Notes: a model not told the origin generated them from the sequence alone. Counted from the first letter of the stretch, positions 1-11,370 are shown. The stretch: 47,894 nt of DNA from Octopus bimaculoides (GCF_001194135.2 NC_068985.1:100876435-100924328); one strand, 5' to 3'. Made by a program: numbers and translations.

Positions 1-47
1 TATGTTTGTGTATCTGTGTTTGTCTCCCCAACATCGCTTGACAATCG
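1..47 (+). mobile_element. SINE family A, internal fragment at window edge
   Basis: TGTGTTTGTCTCCCCAACATCGCTTGACAA matches the segment after the central microsatellite in the family A copies at 16130-16170 (+) and 24930-24970 (-). Confidence 0.6.
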
Positions 48-611
48 TTTGGATTAACACACTTATTGACAAATATCCCTGATCTCCGTTGGTTTGAAGA
101 ATATGCACCAGAGCATATAAACATGTAGTCTTACGATTCTGTGTTATCAATCAGTAAAAGTTAATACCCATCACGGCTTACACTACGCCAGAGACTTTTT
201 TACAATGACCTTTATAACTGGGAGATGAGTTGACTATTACTCATAGAAACTGAATCACAACTGCAAGGATCTTTTGAATTATTAAGATACAATGATAATA
301 ATGAACTGGTCGTCACCTGAAGAAATTTCTGTCATGTTCAAATGTATAAAGTTATTATCTATTAATGATGAGAGTGATGAAATAAAATCTTAGAAAGACA
401 AAAGAAAAACACTCAATTTATTGTAAAATGTACGTCTATTATTTGAATTTACGTAGAAGAAATATTTCTTAAATGGGTTGCAATCTTCGGTCATGAATGT
501 CCATGTTCTTACACCCAGAAACTTCATTTCCGAGGCTGAAGTAAGGACATACATGGCAGTTTCATCTCCCCATGACAGCGATGTTATCCAAGCAAAAGCC
601 CATAACTAATA

Positions 612-757
612 CAGCTTGGCACCAGTGACGTCGCAACTCCATTTTGTAGCTGAGAGAACTGGAGCAACTTAAAATAAAATGTCTTGCTCAAGAACACAAC
701 ACGCATATCTGTGTCCGTGAATTAAACACACTATCTCATGATCCCGGGTCCGACGCT
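612..757 (-). mobile_element. SINE family D (tRNA-type head with CORE-like segment), degenerate
   Basis: Minus strand reads ...GTGTTGTGTTCTTGAGCAAGACATTTTATTTTAAGTTGCTCCAGTTCTCTCAGCT. This resembles the CORE-type motif CCTTGGGCAAGT seen in family A and a cephalopod SINE known to me from memory. Confidence 0.55.
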
Positions 758-1340
758 TTGTTTACGAAATACAGCGTGGGTTATAGAAAATTGGAAATTT
801 GAGTGAATACGGAAATAACATACGCTTTCTGTAAATTTTATGCGTAGTGAAATTTGGATAATATATTCCTAAAACGATGAATCTAGACTCACGAGATAGA
901 GTGTTAGTGAGTACTTATGTTGTTTTGAAGCACACGTCTCCACAAATACGTGTTAGAGTGGAAGAAATCTGCATCACTTACGAATAATATTTAAGCTATT
1001 TCTATAACACATACATTTAACGATCTTAAGTATGTGAATGGTATAATGCGATAATTTGATCGAACGGGAACGTAAATATGTTGTATGCTGGAAGCAAAAT
1101 AAACTATGGAATACGTGACAATAATATATCTGCTAGACATATAATTTTCGTGAAAAATTGAAAACCATTAATCTGCTATAAACATATATTATATCGCAGG
1201 TCGATTACCTGCTGTATACTTTATTTTTGCAATACATTTTATATTTTACTTAAGCGAGCATTCCAGGATGAAGTCATAAACGGGTAGAGTCAAAGAAATC
1301 AAAATCAGTAGTATTTTTTAATATTGACACTATGGATCTC

Positions 1341-1420
1341 TATGTTACTGGGATGTAAACAAACCAACACCATTTGTTAAGCAGGGGTGGGGCAAACATA
1401 AATAGAAAGACGCAAATACA
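1341..1420 (-). mobile_element. SINE family A fragment, diverged
   Basis: GTTACTGGGATGTAAACAAACCAACACC...GGGGCAAACA aligns by eye to GTTACGGGGACGTAAACACACCAGCATC...GGGGACAAACA at 24906-24965. Confidence 0.55.
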
Positions 1421-1983
1421 TATAGTTAAATGATGAGAGCGAGATAATCGTAGATGTTCCGCTGACTTGGTGACATACAAGATATTCGTCCATATACTAT
1501 CGGTTATATAACCGATTGAATGTTGCAATTATGATTTATTAGTGTTTACCATATATCATAATGAGTGCTATATGAAAATAGCTAATTTAATCAACATCCT
1601 TTTGAATTTTGTGGACAATTGGAATACAATTTTCAAGTCACCTGCATTGCACAAAGAAATTTTGGGGCTATCCCTCTGATATTTCCGCTTTGGTACGAAA
1701 AAGTGTAAAGGGGCGCAGTCATTACATGAAAAGGCACTTGAGCAGAGGTTTTCAGAGATGTTAATACATCGACGTCGGTTTGAATAATTTGATATTCAAA
1801 CATGGAAAACATGCTGATATCCCAATCACACTAACTTATAAAGGCCCGCATTACAGGCATTTAAGCTATAAAACACTGACAATCATTCGTTGTACAACGG
1901 AAGACAAAGATTGTAAGATTTCTACTTAAAAGACGGGGTTTGAGCAAGAATATATCAGGGTTTTACCGTGAATATTTGGTGGA

Positions 1984-2030
<47 letters not shown>

Positions 2031-3396
2031 GTGGAAGTAACTTAAAATGTTTCCTANNNNNNNNNNNNNNNNNNNNNNNNNNNNNNNNNNNNNNNNNNNN
2101 NNNNNNNNNNNNNNNNNNNNNNNNNNNNNNNNNNNNNNNNNNNNNNNNNNNNNNNNNNNNNNNNNNNNNNNNNNNNNNNNNNNNNNNNNNNNNNNNNNNN
2201 NNNNNNNNNNNNNNNNNNNNNNNNNNNNNNNNNNNNNNNNNNNNNNNNNNNNNNNNNNNNNNNNNNNNNNNNNNNNNNNNNNNNNNNNNNNNNNNNNNNN
2301 NNNNNNNNNNNNNNNNNNNNNNNNNNNNNNNNNNNNNNNNNNNNNNNNNNNNNNNNNNNNNNNNNNNNNNNNNNNNNNNNNNNNNNNNNNNNNNNNNNNN
2401 NNNNNNNNNNNNNNNNNNNNNNNNNNNNNNNNNNNNNNNNNNNNNNNNNNNNNNNNNNNNNNNNNNNNNNNNNNNNNNNNNNNNNNNNNNNNNNNNNNNN
2501 NNNNNNNNNNNNNNNNNNNNNNNNNNNNNNNNNNNNNNNNNNNNNNNNNNNNNNNNNNNNNNNNNNNNNNNNNNNNNNNNNNNNNNNNNNNNNNNNNNNN
2601 NNNNNNNNNNNNNNNNNNNNNNNNNNNNNNNNNNNNNNNNNNNNNNNNNNNNNNNNNNNNNNNNNNNNNNNNNNNNNNNNNNNNNNNNNNNNNNNNNNNN
2701 NNNNNNNNNNNNNNNNNNNNNNNNNNNNNNNNNNNNNNNNNNNNNNNNNNNNNNNNNNNNNNNNNNNNNNNNNNNNNNNNNNNNNNNNNNNNNNNNNNNN
2801 NNNATATATATATATATACATACACACACATTCACACACATATAATTTCCTGCATACTTAAGTTTATTCGAGAAGTGGTGAAGACACGGAGAGGCAGTCT
2901 AGAATCGAGCTATAAAGAGAATCAGAATTACAATATAACGTAAGACATATCACAAGAATATGATATACATGCACACACATATACATATACACACATGAAC
3001 ATATCATAATAATTGATGAAGATAGGAAAGCAACTTTGAGTTTATTTCGGTCACCTATATTAATTAAAAAATGGATCTAAATTAATTGACGATGTTTCAT
3101 GTATATTTGGCTTTTATTGAAATTCAAGTTCATATGATGGAAATGTTACTAAAGTATAAAAGAAATAATTATAACAAAAAAAAAACATAACAGTAATTAA
3201 ATATTATGCTTGGCATTCAATTACTTTAATTAGTGAAACCTATAAGCTTTCAAAGAAGTAATATATGCATATTCACCAATAAACATATATGATCAAAGGA
3301 AACGTTCGATACGAATTTATGCGTATATATGTATGCATATACATTTAGATGTATACATGTATATGCATATACATAATACATAATACATAGATATAA

Positions 3397-3454
<58 letters not shown>

Positions 3455-4291
3455 TTATATCTGCGTTTATGAAAATGTATATATTTACATCATATATCTA
3501 TGTATATGTTTGTATATATGTATGCGTGCACGCATGTGTATGTGTGTGTTATGTATATGGTGCTAAAAATGCATGAGAATATCGAAAACAGGGCCATAAA
3601 CAGGAAACCCCAGTAGACGCACTCTCACACATTAGCAAATATGAAAAATATAAACGCACAAACACACACACACACACACCCACACACACACAAACATACA
3701 CACACACGCACGCATACACACACGCAAGTACGCGCGCACACGCACATATATATTTGCTCGTTTGTATTGTTAACACAAAAGAATCCTATCTTCTGAATAT
3801 GCTTAGAGTTCGATGAAGCGCTGTCAGAAGTGTTAGTGAGGTCATTAATATTGAACGACATCGAATCATTGTAATATGAACTTAATGCTCTTCTTTAATT
3901 AGAAATTGGAGGTTTCCAGTCATACGTTACTTAAATAATCTTTACATTTATTATAAATTATACACAATATTGTTATAGTAATCACCAATGAAATTTCATT
4001 CCCAATTACTTCATCACTAAAGGTGTTGTTGTTTTCCAATTGTCTTCTTGAGGCCATAAGTTAACTATGGCAAATATGTAATATTATTAATAGTATTGCT
4101 CTTGTCCATGTGCATCATTATAGATATTCATATAAATACAACATTATTTGAGAAAAAAAACTTAAAGTGTAGTTGTAATTTAACAAACGTAAATGCATTC
4201 CATCTGATAAACATCGAAATATACTCGTATAAAAGAATAGATGTACTTCTCTGTAGATGGAAATGTGCTCGTGTAAAACGATCAGCACATA

Positions 4292-4412
4292 CAAGGAGGT
4301 GTATGAAAAGTTTTCAGCCTTCAAGGCCTTTGAGATTTGAAGTCTTGTACCATGTTTTCTTTTTGTTTTTTTTATTTTATTTTTAGGATGAAGAGTTTTC
4401 ATACACCCCTCG
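4292..4412. mobile_element. Tc1/mariner-type MITE (121 bp)
   Basis: Terminal inverted repeats CAAGGAGGTGTATGAAAA (left) and TTTTCATACACCCCTCG (right; reverse complement CGAGGGGTGTATGAAAA), with TA on both outer sides (4290-4291, 4413-4414). TA target duplication and CGAGGGG-type ends are characteristic of Tc1/mariner. Confidence 0.75.
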
Positions 4413-4710
4413 TATTTGTATATACACGGCTATAGGCTTTTCGTTTTGTAATGCATACGCTCGTACACTCACACACACGACACAAACATATACATGCATA
4501 TATGTTTATGTACATCTACGTATACATCTCTCTCTCTCTCTCTCACTCTCTCTATCTATCTATCTATTTATCTATCTCTCTGCCTGTCTGTCTGTCTATC
4601 TATTTATCTACAGAAATGTGCAAGCGGGAGGTATTATGCGTGTGTGAATGCGGGAATTTGACATGTCCCATTCAAGAGGTATTTGTATTCTAGTGTTGTT
4701 ACGTTACAGT

Positions 4711-4945
4711 ATGATGTTAGCTGGACATGTTCACAGCGATTCAGAGTAGATACTGCATTCAGTGATCCTTTCGGAGCCCTTACGTGGACACACTAGAAGA
4801 GGAATACTGGGGATGACATATGTTGATGCCCTAAGAATAGACACTGGTCTCAGAGAGACGCAGGACATAGCGGTGATGATGAGCGACAAGGATCGCTGGA
4901 GGGAGCTCGTACATGAATCTCGGGTATTTTACTCACCCTAGATAT
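4711..4945 (+). mobile_element. RTE-clade LINE, 3' end remnant (ORF C-terminus)
   Basis: My translation: MMLAGHVHSDSE*ILHSVILSEPLRGHTRRGILGMTYVDALRIDTGLRETQDIAVMMSDKDRWRELVHESR. It fits the RTE C-terminal pattern LxLAGH...WEP.xG.R.RGRP..TY.D.L..DTGL....M.DR..WR, with one stop. Confidence 0.75.
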
Positions 4946-5904
4946 ATAAAGGCTACTGATGTGTTTACTATACGGAATTTCGACCCCCATACTGTCTTTC
5001 GAGTTATTTTGTCTCTGATGGTATGAGTACTGAACCTATTTCTCCTCGATATTATAGTTTTTCAGAAAACCGTTTAGAGTAAAAAATCAAATATTTCTTT
5101 TGATAAAAAATCCTTTCACGATTTTAATCCCATATCTTGTGTTCAGACAACTGTTTCTTAATTTCTGATATCATATTTCTTTTATATTTGTTTCTCTTTC
5201 ATTTCTTTGGGTGAGTCGTTTCGTTATTGATGTAGTGGAGTTCAATACTCTTTTAGCTACTTTTCGGGATTTATGCTTTTCTTTATAAGTGAATTATTTG
5301 GGTTTGATCATTGTATTTTCGTTGAAGAGAAGAACATTTTCCTCTACAAATATCGCAGTTGCTTATTATTATAATTTATCTATCCTAGCATATCTATGTT
5401 GCCAGACGTCTTGGGTCTGTGACGACATGATTACGTGTTTTCTGTTGCTGATTAATTTTTCCTTCATTTTGAACGTTCATAGTAAGGTACTGTGTAGAAC
5501 ACGTGGCTACATTATTTTAGGGTGAAGGAAATATATATAACTTATAGAATGTTTCCAAATTTTATGCATGAAAAAATGGAAGATGTACTTATATAATTGT
5601 ATGTGTGTATGTGCATGCGTGAATGTGTATGTGCGTATGTGTGGTAAAGAAGCGTCAAATGTCACATGTATATGCACTTGTTTAAGAAGTATTTTAGCTT
5701 TTGTCATGGTTCAAATACTGTTACTATATATTTACATAAGAAAAAAACATATTTCTTCGTACAAGATTTGTTTCCATATTATAATTTTACTGTTAAATAT
5801 GCGTTCTAAATTTTGCGAATGCTTGTAATTCTGGGTAGAAGTTAGTCAATTACATCGATCACAGAGATCAAAGGTAATTATTTCATCGAGACCGAAATAA
5901 AGTA

Positions 5905-6005
5905 CGACAAAGTTGCTCTCTGTGGAGTTTGACCTCATAATGCAAGATGAACGAAGTATCACTAAGCATTTTCCTCGGCGTGCGAGCAAATCTGGCAGCT
6001 TGCCG
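5905..6005 (-). mobile_element. SINE family B, 5' part
   Basis: Reverse complement GCGGCAAGCTGCCAGA...GCACGCCGAGGAAAATGCTTAGTGATACTTCG matches the head of the family B copy at 30878 (GGCGAGCTGGCAGAAACGTTAACACCCCGGGCGAAATGCTTAGCG). Confidence 0.7.
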
Positions 6006-6059
6006 CATTAGAATATGCGTAATGTTGATTTCATAATTTGGCACATGGCAGGTAACTTC

Positions 6060-6160
6060 AGTCGGACCCCCAGTACTCAAGTTATTGACGCGTCGGGATT
6101 TGAACTTAGAACGTAAAGAAGGACGTAATGCCAAAAAGCGCTAAGTATTGTCAGCTCACC
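6060..6160 (-). mobile_element. SINE family B, internally deleted fragment
   Basis: GGATTTGAACTTAGAACGTAAAG...CGCTAAG is the reverse complement of the family B box-B region (TTACGTTCTGAGTTCAAATTCC). Confidence 0.6.
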
Positions 6161-6199
6161 CAATGAAAAAAAAAAATATACTAAATATTTTTTTCTACT

Positions 6200-6400
6200 C
6201 TAGGCACAATGCTCAAAATTTCTAGGAAGGGGGCCAGTCGATTAGATTGATTTCAGTACGCAACTAATACTTAATTTATCCACCCAGAAAAAGTAAAAGG
6301 TAAAGACGACCTCACCGAATTTTGAACACAGAACGTAGACAGAAGATATATCGCTAAGCATTTCGCGCGGCGTGCTGACGTTTCTGCAATATCGCTGCTT
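6200..6400 (-). mobile_element. SINE family B, near full length
   Basis: Contains in order, on the minus strand, the head (CAGAAACGTCAGCACGCCGCGCGAAATGCTTAGCG), box B (GTTCAAAATTC), the central TTTACCTTTT...GATAAATTAAGT segment and the tail (ATCGACTGGCCCCTTCC...TTGTGCCTAGAG). Confidence 0.8.
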
Positions 6401-6475
6401 TAAAAATATAGTTAATATTGCCTTAATATTAACTATAAGAACAACATAGCGGGAGAGAGAGTTAGAGAGAGAGAG

Positions 6476-6524
<49 letters not shown>

Positions 6525-7689
6525 ATCTTCATATCACCATCACAAATGGAAAAATGATGTGTGAGTGAGTTTGTGGACATATGCTATTTTTGCCGACCAA
6601 ATCATTCCATAGTCATATCTCTCACATCAGAAAGTTCTGCTTTGTTAAGAGAGTAGATGTTGCTTAACATCTTAACAACATTTAATCATATTTGATTATA
6701 ATTCTATTCACAAATGTCTTTGTGCAAGCAATAACCACGACAGCTACAGTGTGCTACGTGAATGCATCGTTTGTTCAGTCGGGAGTATTTTTCCATGTCT
6801 CCAGGTATGAACCAAAGTGTTTTGAAATACCATTCCTATTCAATTGTAGCTGCATATCATATATTATTATTTAGTATTATACATCAATTATAATTTCGTA
6901 TTCAATATTATACATATTTACAAAAAAATACCTGTATAATTATTCCAGTAATATACTTCAGAATAACTTTACATGAATATTATCTATTATATTTTATTTA
7001 AACTTTTGATTTCTTTTCCATAATAAAATTTCTACTTTGCTGCATTTTCTTTTCCATCAAATCTTGTTAATATGTTTTGAATGTTGCATTTTCTTTCTTT
7101 AGATTTATTCCAGAGTATTACATTTTGGAACTATGTTCAATTTCAGCTCTTTTGATCATAATTTTTCATTATTTTTCTCTCCTGTAAAACTTTAGAGCTA
7201 TCATACGTTCGATTAATAAGATTTCAATTTGATTTATTCTACTTCTGCATTATTTTAACAAATAAACGTCTGAGTAGTTTTGCACATACTATTTATTTTT
7301 TTTATTTTCTCCAAATATGGTATATTCTTTTCCCGTTTATTTTAAATTGATATCATACACGACAATGCATATTGTAAACGCTGCATCTTTTATCCTCAAA
7401 ATCGCTTGCAATACTTTCCAGTATGATGGATGTATGAACGTTTTACCAATTTTTATTTCAAAAATCTCTATTTATGAATGGTATTTATTAACTCACTCTT
7501 CTTACTTTAAAACCCTCGATTTAATCTCCTGAAATTAACAGCAAAAATTTACAGTAACAATATTAACACTGTATAAATTTGTTAAGCAAAATCCCAGAAG
7601 CGCACAAATAAGCGGTCATTGACCAGGACAATTATCGTGATAGGATAACACTGACAACAAAATCCTGGGTAGCGCATGGAAAATTTCGA

Positions 7690-7857
7690 GGCGCAGGAGT
7701 GGATGGGTGGTAAGTAGCTTACTAACCAACCACATGGCTCCGGGTTCAGTCCCACTGCGTGGAACCTTGGGCAAGTGTCTTCTGCTATATCATAGAGCCT
7801 TTTGAGTGGATTCGGTAGACGGAAACTGAAAGAGGCCCGTCGTGTATNNNNNNNNNN

Positions 7858-7897
<40 letters not shown>

Positions 7898-8110
7898 TGT
7901 GTATGTTTTTGTGTTTGTTTCCCAACAGCGTTTATCATCGAAGGTGGTGTGTATACGTCCCCGTAACCTAGCTGTTCGACATAAGAGACCAATAGAATAT
8001 GTATTAGGCTTACAAAGAATACGTCCTGGGGTCGATTCGCTCGACTAAAGGTGGTGCTCCAGTATGGTCGCAGTCAAAATGACTGAAACGAATAAATGAA
8101 TAAAAAAGAA
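7690..8110 (+). mobile_element. SINE family A, full length with central (TG)n
   Basis: tRNA-like head GGCGCAGGAGTGG...GGTAAG (box A) and GGGTTCAGTCCC (box B), then CCTTGGGCAAGTG, an internal microsatellite, a conserved 3' half and an A-rich tail. Colinear with the copy at 24771-25207. Confidence 0.9.
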
Positions 8111-9197
8111 AAGTATATATACGAGTGTGTTTGTGTGTGTATGTATGCATGTATGCTTGTATGTAAGTATATGTGTGTAATTTTGTGTGTGTGTGCGTAT
8201 GTGTGCGTGCATGTGTGAGTTTCTTTATTAGTGAATAGAATTCCAAAACTAATGACAAATGTTCGAAAATTTATTAGCGTAACTCTTTGCTTTCTATAGC
8301 ACATGTAGGTGACAAAACGGAATACTCGTAGAGAAATGATTGGAATATGATCCACATCATAATAATTATGGAAATATCGGATATCAGGTAGTTCCATGCA
8401 ATAACAATGACATGAATAGTTTGGGTACGTATTATCTGACACGACGAAAAAGTATTTATTTTCTAGAGAGTTGAGTTTTTCAGTCAGCAGATTTGTTATT
8501 AATATATAGTAAAGTTATGAATGAGAAACTGATCGCACTCATCAATCTGCTGGCTTCTGTTCTGACACTAGTGGCACAGTATACGAGAATATATACAGCT
8601 TCTGCAGTGAGCTTCAGGAAACATTCAACTGCTTGTATCACTTGCGGGTTAATATTGAAGACTCTTCTTCAATGCTCCACCGTCCAAGCTGAATGTTGTC
8701 AGTACACCTCCCCGAATGAAGTCTTTCAGCGGGCCTTAAATCATTCATAATCTCTTGTTGATAAGTTCAATATTGCTCACTTCTTTAGATGGCGGCTGTC
8801 TACGCCTGAAATGAGCAATATATGATCTTTGTGCTAGCACAGTTGCGTTCGTAGATGAAATTCTATTGTGTTTACTCATTGCACTGACATGGATTTCTCC
8901 GTCATTATTTTCAAGAACGACATGTCAATAACCTGAAACGAAAAAAGAAATTAAGATAAAAATTAATTGTAAAAAAATTATTATAGTTTACAATACACCT
9001 ATGAGTTTTAGGTCGTGTTGTGTTTATCATTGCTGAATTTTCTTTTGCATGTGAACGTGTATGAATGTACATATACATCATAAGGAAAAATCAATACTCA
9101 CAATTCTAGAAATGATCTACAAGCAAGCAATTAACAACATATCAAAGCGGTTAATACACAGTAGGATCAAATCATCGGTATACGAACGCAATGTACT

Positions 9198-9365
9198 TCT
9201 TTCATTCAGGCGGCGGATTGACACACTTGTTACTACGCCAGGCAAATTCTTGGCGTTTCGTCCGCTTTTACGTTCTGCGCTCAAATTCCGCTTTTCAGAG
9301 ATAATAAGCTGGGGCCGATGTAATCGACTTAGCTCTATCCCCATTTTACTGGCCTTGTACCATAA
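9198..9365 (+). mobile_element. SINE family B with central deletion
   Basis: AGGCGGCGGATTGACA...TACGCCAGGCAAATTCTT...TTACGTTCTGCGCTCAAATTCCGC followed by CTGGGGCCGATGTAATCGACT...GGCCTTGTACC. Confidence 0.7.
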
Positions 9366-9519
9366 TCTGAACTCAGTATGTTTCCTTCAGTGCAAAAACA
9401 ATTTTGGTTGTGGAAAATATTAAGAAACATGAGAAGGATAACTTGTAACGTAACGAACTTAACTTCCTCTTCTTCTATGTCAGTTCAAGACTAAAACAAA
9501 ACCCGAGCTGAGTCGTCGA

Positions 9520-10195
9520 AGCCCTGATGCAGTACCAGGCAGTGGTGCTCGTGGCTTTTGATCTTCACTGATTGGAAGTTTTATGTAGATTGATTTATAT
9601 TGGTATAGAAGTTGGACGACAGCAAATATTCTGATCAATACTAAAGATTTGCTTGTCAGTTGTTTAACCTCAACCAATTGAGCAAGTCTCTTAGTGGCTG
9701 TCGATATGTGCATCTCTGTTCACGAGCAGATGTAGTTGGAGAGCATCATATCCATGTGCTGAGAGAAATTCTTTAGGGTTTGGACAATTAACCTTTGGAA
9801 ACGTGGGCGTGTCGTTCAATACTCTTAAACAAACATTACTCAACGACATTTTGAGTAGGATGGGCTACTCAAATTGATGAAAATTCTAACTGAACACCAC
9901 CTGCAAGGTCATGTGCTGTTAATCTTGATATGAGATCACCATGTCACGCATATGTGATTGTGATGCATGTGCCTGCTGTTCCATTATTACACTGGTAGTC
10001 ATGATGGATATCTTCGGTTTCGTATATTTGTACCCCAGTGTCACTTTGATGGCATATACTGCTGTTTCATTCAATACTAAAGCAGTACTAGGTAGTGGCT
10101 TTCATGGTGTCTCTGGGTGAGACTTGGATCCAACTTGTACAAATGCAAAGCAAAAGTCAAACATAAAATAATGAAAATAATAATGATAATGATAA
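9520..10195 (+). mobile_element. Non-autonomous interspersed repeat ending in an R4/Dong-like 3' end with degenerate (TAA)n tail
   Basis: Non-coding block of about 600 bp that I recognise from memory as an abundant octopus repeat. It ends GGTGAGACTTGGATCCAACTTGTACAAATGCAAAGCAAAAGTCAAACAT plus AATAATGAAAATAATAATGATAAT. Dong-type elements are known to target and end in TAA repeats; the family assignment is inference. Confidence 0.55.
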
Positions 10196-10197
10196 AA

Positions 10198-10325
10198 TGC
10201 AAGAACCTGGACTATGAGAAGAGTGTCTGTCGTTTCAGAAGTTACAGAGGCAATCGGAGCGCTCCCAAGAAACTGCTCTGCTGGAGACAGGAATTTATGA
10301 TCGTTACTTGGATGTTACTATCCTG
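10198..10325 (+). mobile_element. R4/Dong-clade non-LTR ORF C-terminal remnant (after the RLE domain)
   Basis: My translation: ARTWTMRRVSVVSEVTEAIGALP, then after a frameshift or deletion QETALLETG. This resembles the R4/Dong C-terminal pattern ARxWxM.xV.V.PVV.GALG...LQK.ALLGT. Confidence 0.6.
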
Positions 10326-10445
10326 AGATAGTAAATAAACAGATTGCAAAGCTTATTACGAGCGGAAAGAGAGCCTATGAGACCTCTGACAGCTTCCAGC
10401 TCGCACAGAATTTATCAGAAGAAAAAAAGACCGAGAAATAACACA

Positions 10446-10636
10446 ATACTCCTTTCTACTGAAGGTACATAGTTTCTGGGGTGGGCGCTAGTCGATTCTA
10501 GTGTTTCATTGGTACTTAATTTGTCGGCCCCAAAGAGATGAAAGGCAAAGTTGACCTCGGCGGAATTTGAACTCAGGACATAACGACGGGCGAAATACCG
10601 CTAAGCATTTTGTTCAGCGTGCTAACGATTCTACCA
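10446..10636 (-). mobile_element. SINE family B, near full length
   Basis: Reverse complement TGGTAGAATCGTTAGCACGCTGAACAAAATGCTTAGCGGTATTTCG...GAGTTCAAATTCCGCCGAGGTCAACTTTGCCTTTCATC...AAATTAAGTACC, colinear with 29603-29815 and 30878-31088. Confidence 0.9.
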
Positions 10637-10640
10637 TCAT

Positions 10641-10660
10641 TGATGATGATGATGATGATA

Positions 10661-10727
<67 letters not shown>
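10641..10727. repeat. (GAT)n microsatellite
   Basis: Directly visible, nearly perfect trinucleotide array. It explains the poly-D and poly-M ORFs in the track. Confidence 0.98.
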
Positions 10728-10739
10728 CATTTTCTTCAT

Positions 10740-11370
10740 TGGCATCACGGGCAGCGAATAATATTCAGGACTTTACAAAGAAAAGGAGTAGTAGAGATTT
10801 ATATATTCACCTCACGCAAAGAGAAGTTCTGCATAGAAGCGCATCTAACAAACGGCCACCAGACTTACTCATCGTGAAGCAATCACTGGAGAACACGTGA
10901 CCAACGAAAGCTTCTTTTCCGTAGGATGTGGAAGAAGAGTATATGCTGCTATTCGATGAAATGTGAACTGAGGTAAAAATACGTCTGTCAGGTGGTAATA
11001 TGAGATGGATGAACGTAAGTCGTAGCCCAGTCTGTCAGCTGTTCAAGCATAGGTTCCTCTCGGCTCGTTTCATCACTTCCTTCCATTTGTCCAGTTGAAG
11101 ATAGGTACCGAAATCATAATACGAACGATTGAATCGGCCCGTGAGATATTACTGTACCTTATGAAAATACCTATATATGTGGCGATATTTACCTTGGCTG
11201 ATTTGCCATCCTGTAATCGCCTCGTTGTTCGCTGGATCAGTTCTAAATTCGCCGCAGAGCTTGATGTCCGACAATTTGAAAGTTACTTTTTCATCGTATG
11301 CTGACAGGGTTACACCACGTCCGAATCGGCGAATATTTCTCCTCAACTTTGGTAGGCTCTGTAGTTCAAT
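10740..11370 (-). mobile_element. Possible degenerate LINE remnant (RTE-like)
   Basis: Minus-strand frames give FRYLSS and ILRKR/AFVGHVF, similar to FKYLGS and RKRRLxFxGHV of RTE RTs, followed by a (CAT)n tail on that strand. The spacing between motifs is shorter than expected, so the call is tentative. Confidence 0.35.
10995..11148 (+). repeat. 154-bp direct repeat, copy 1
   Basis: Matches 12595-12748 with 5 substitutions by my count and no indels. Confidence 0.95.

Noticed and set aside
3012-3045. TTGATGAAGATAGGAAAGC as a hammerhead core
   Set aside because: The core begins with U rather than C, and no stem II pairing or palindromic stem III is present.
8493-8750. 85-aa plus-strand ORF MLLIYSKV...
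   Set aside because: No recognisable domain, no supporting plus-strand splice signals, and the length is within chance expectation.
11230-11320. Plus-strand GSVL...FSSYADRV as an RT YADD region
   Set aside because: Spacing between the motifs is too short, the second Asp is missing, and it conflicts with the minus-strand LINE-like reading.
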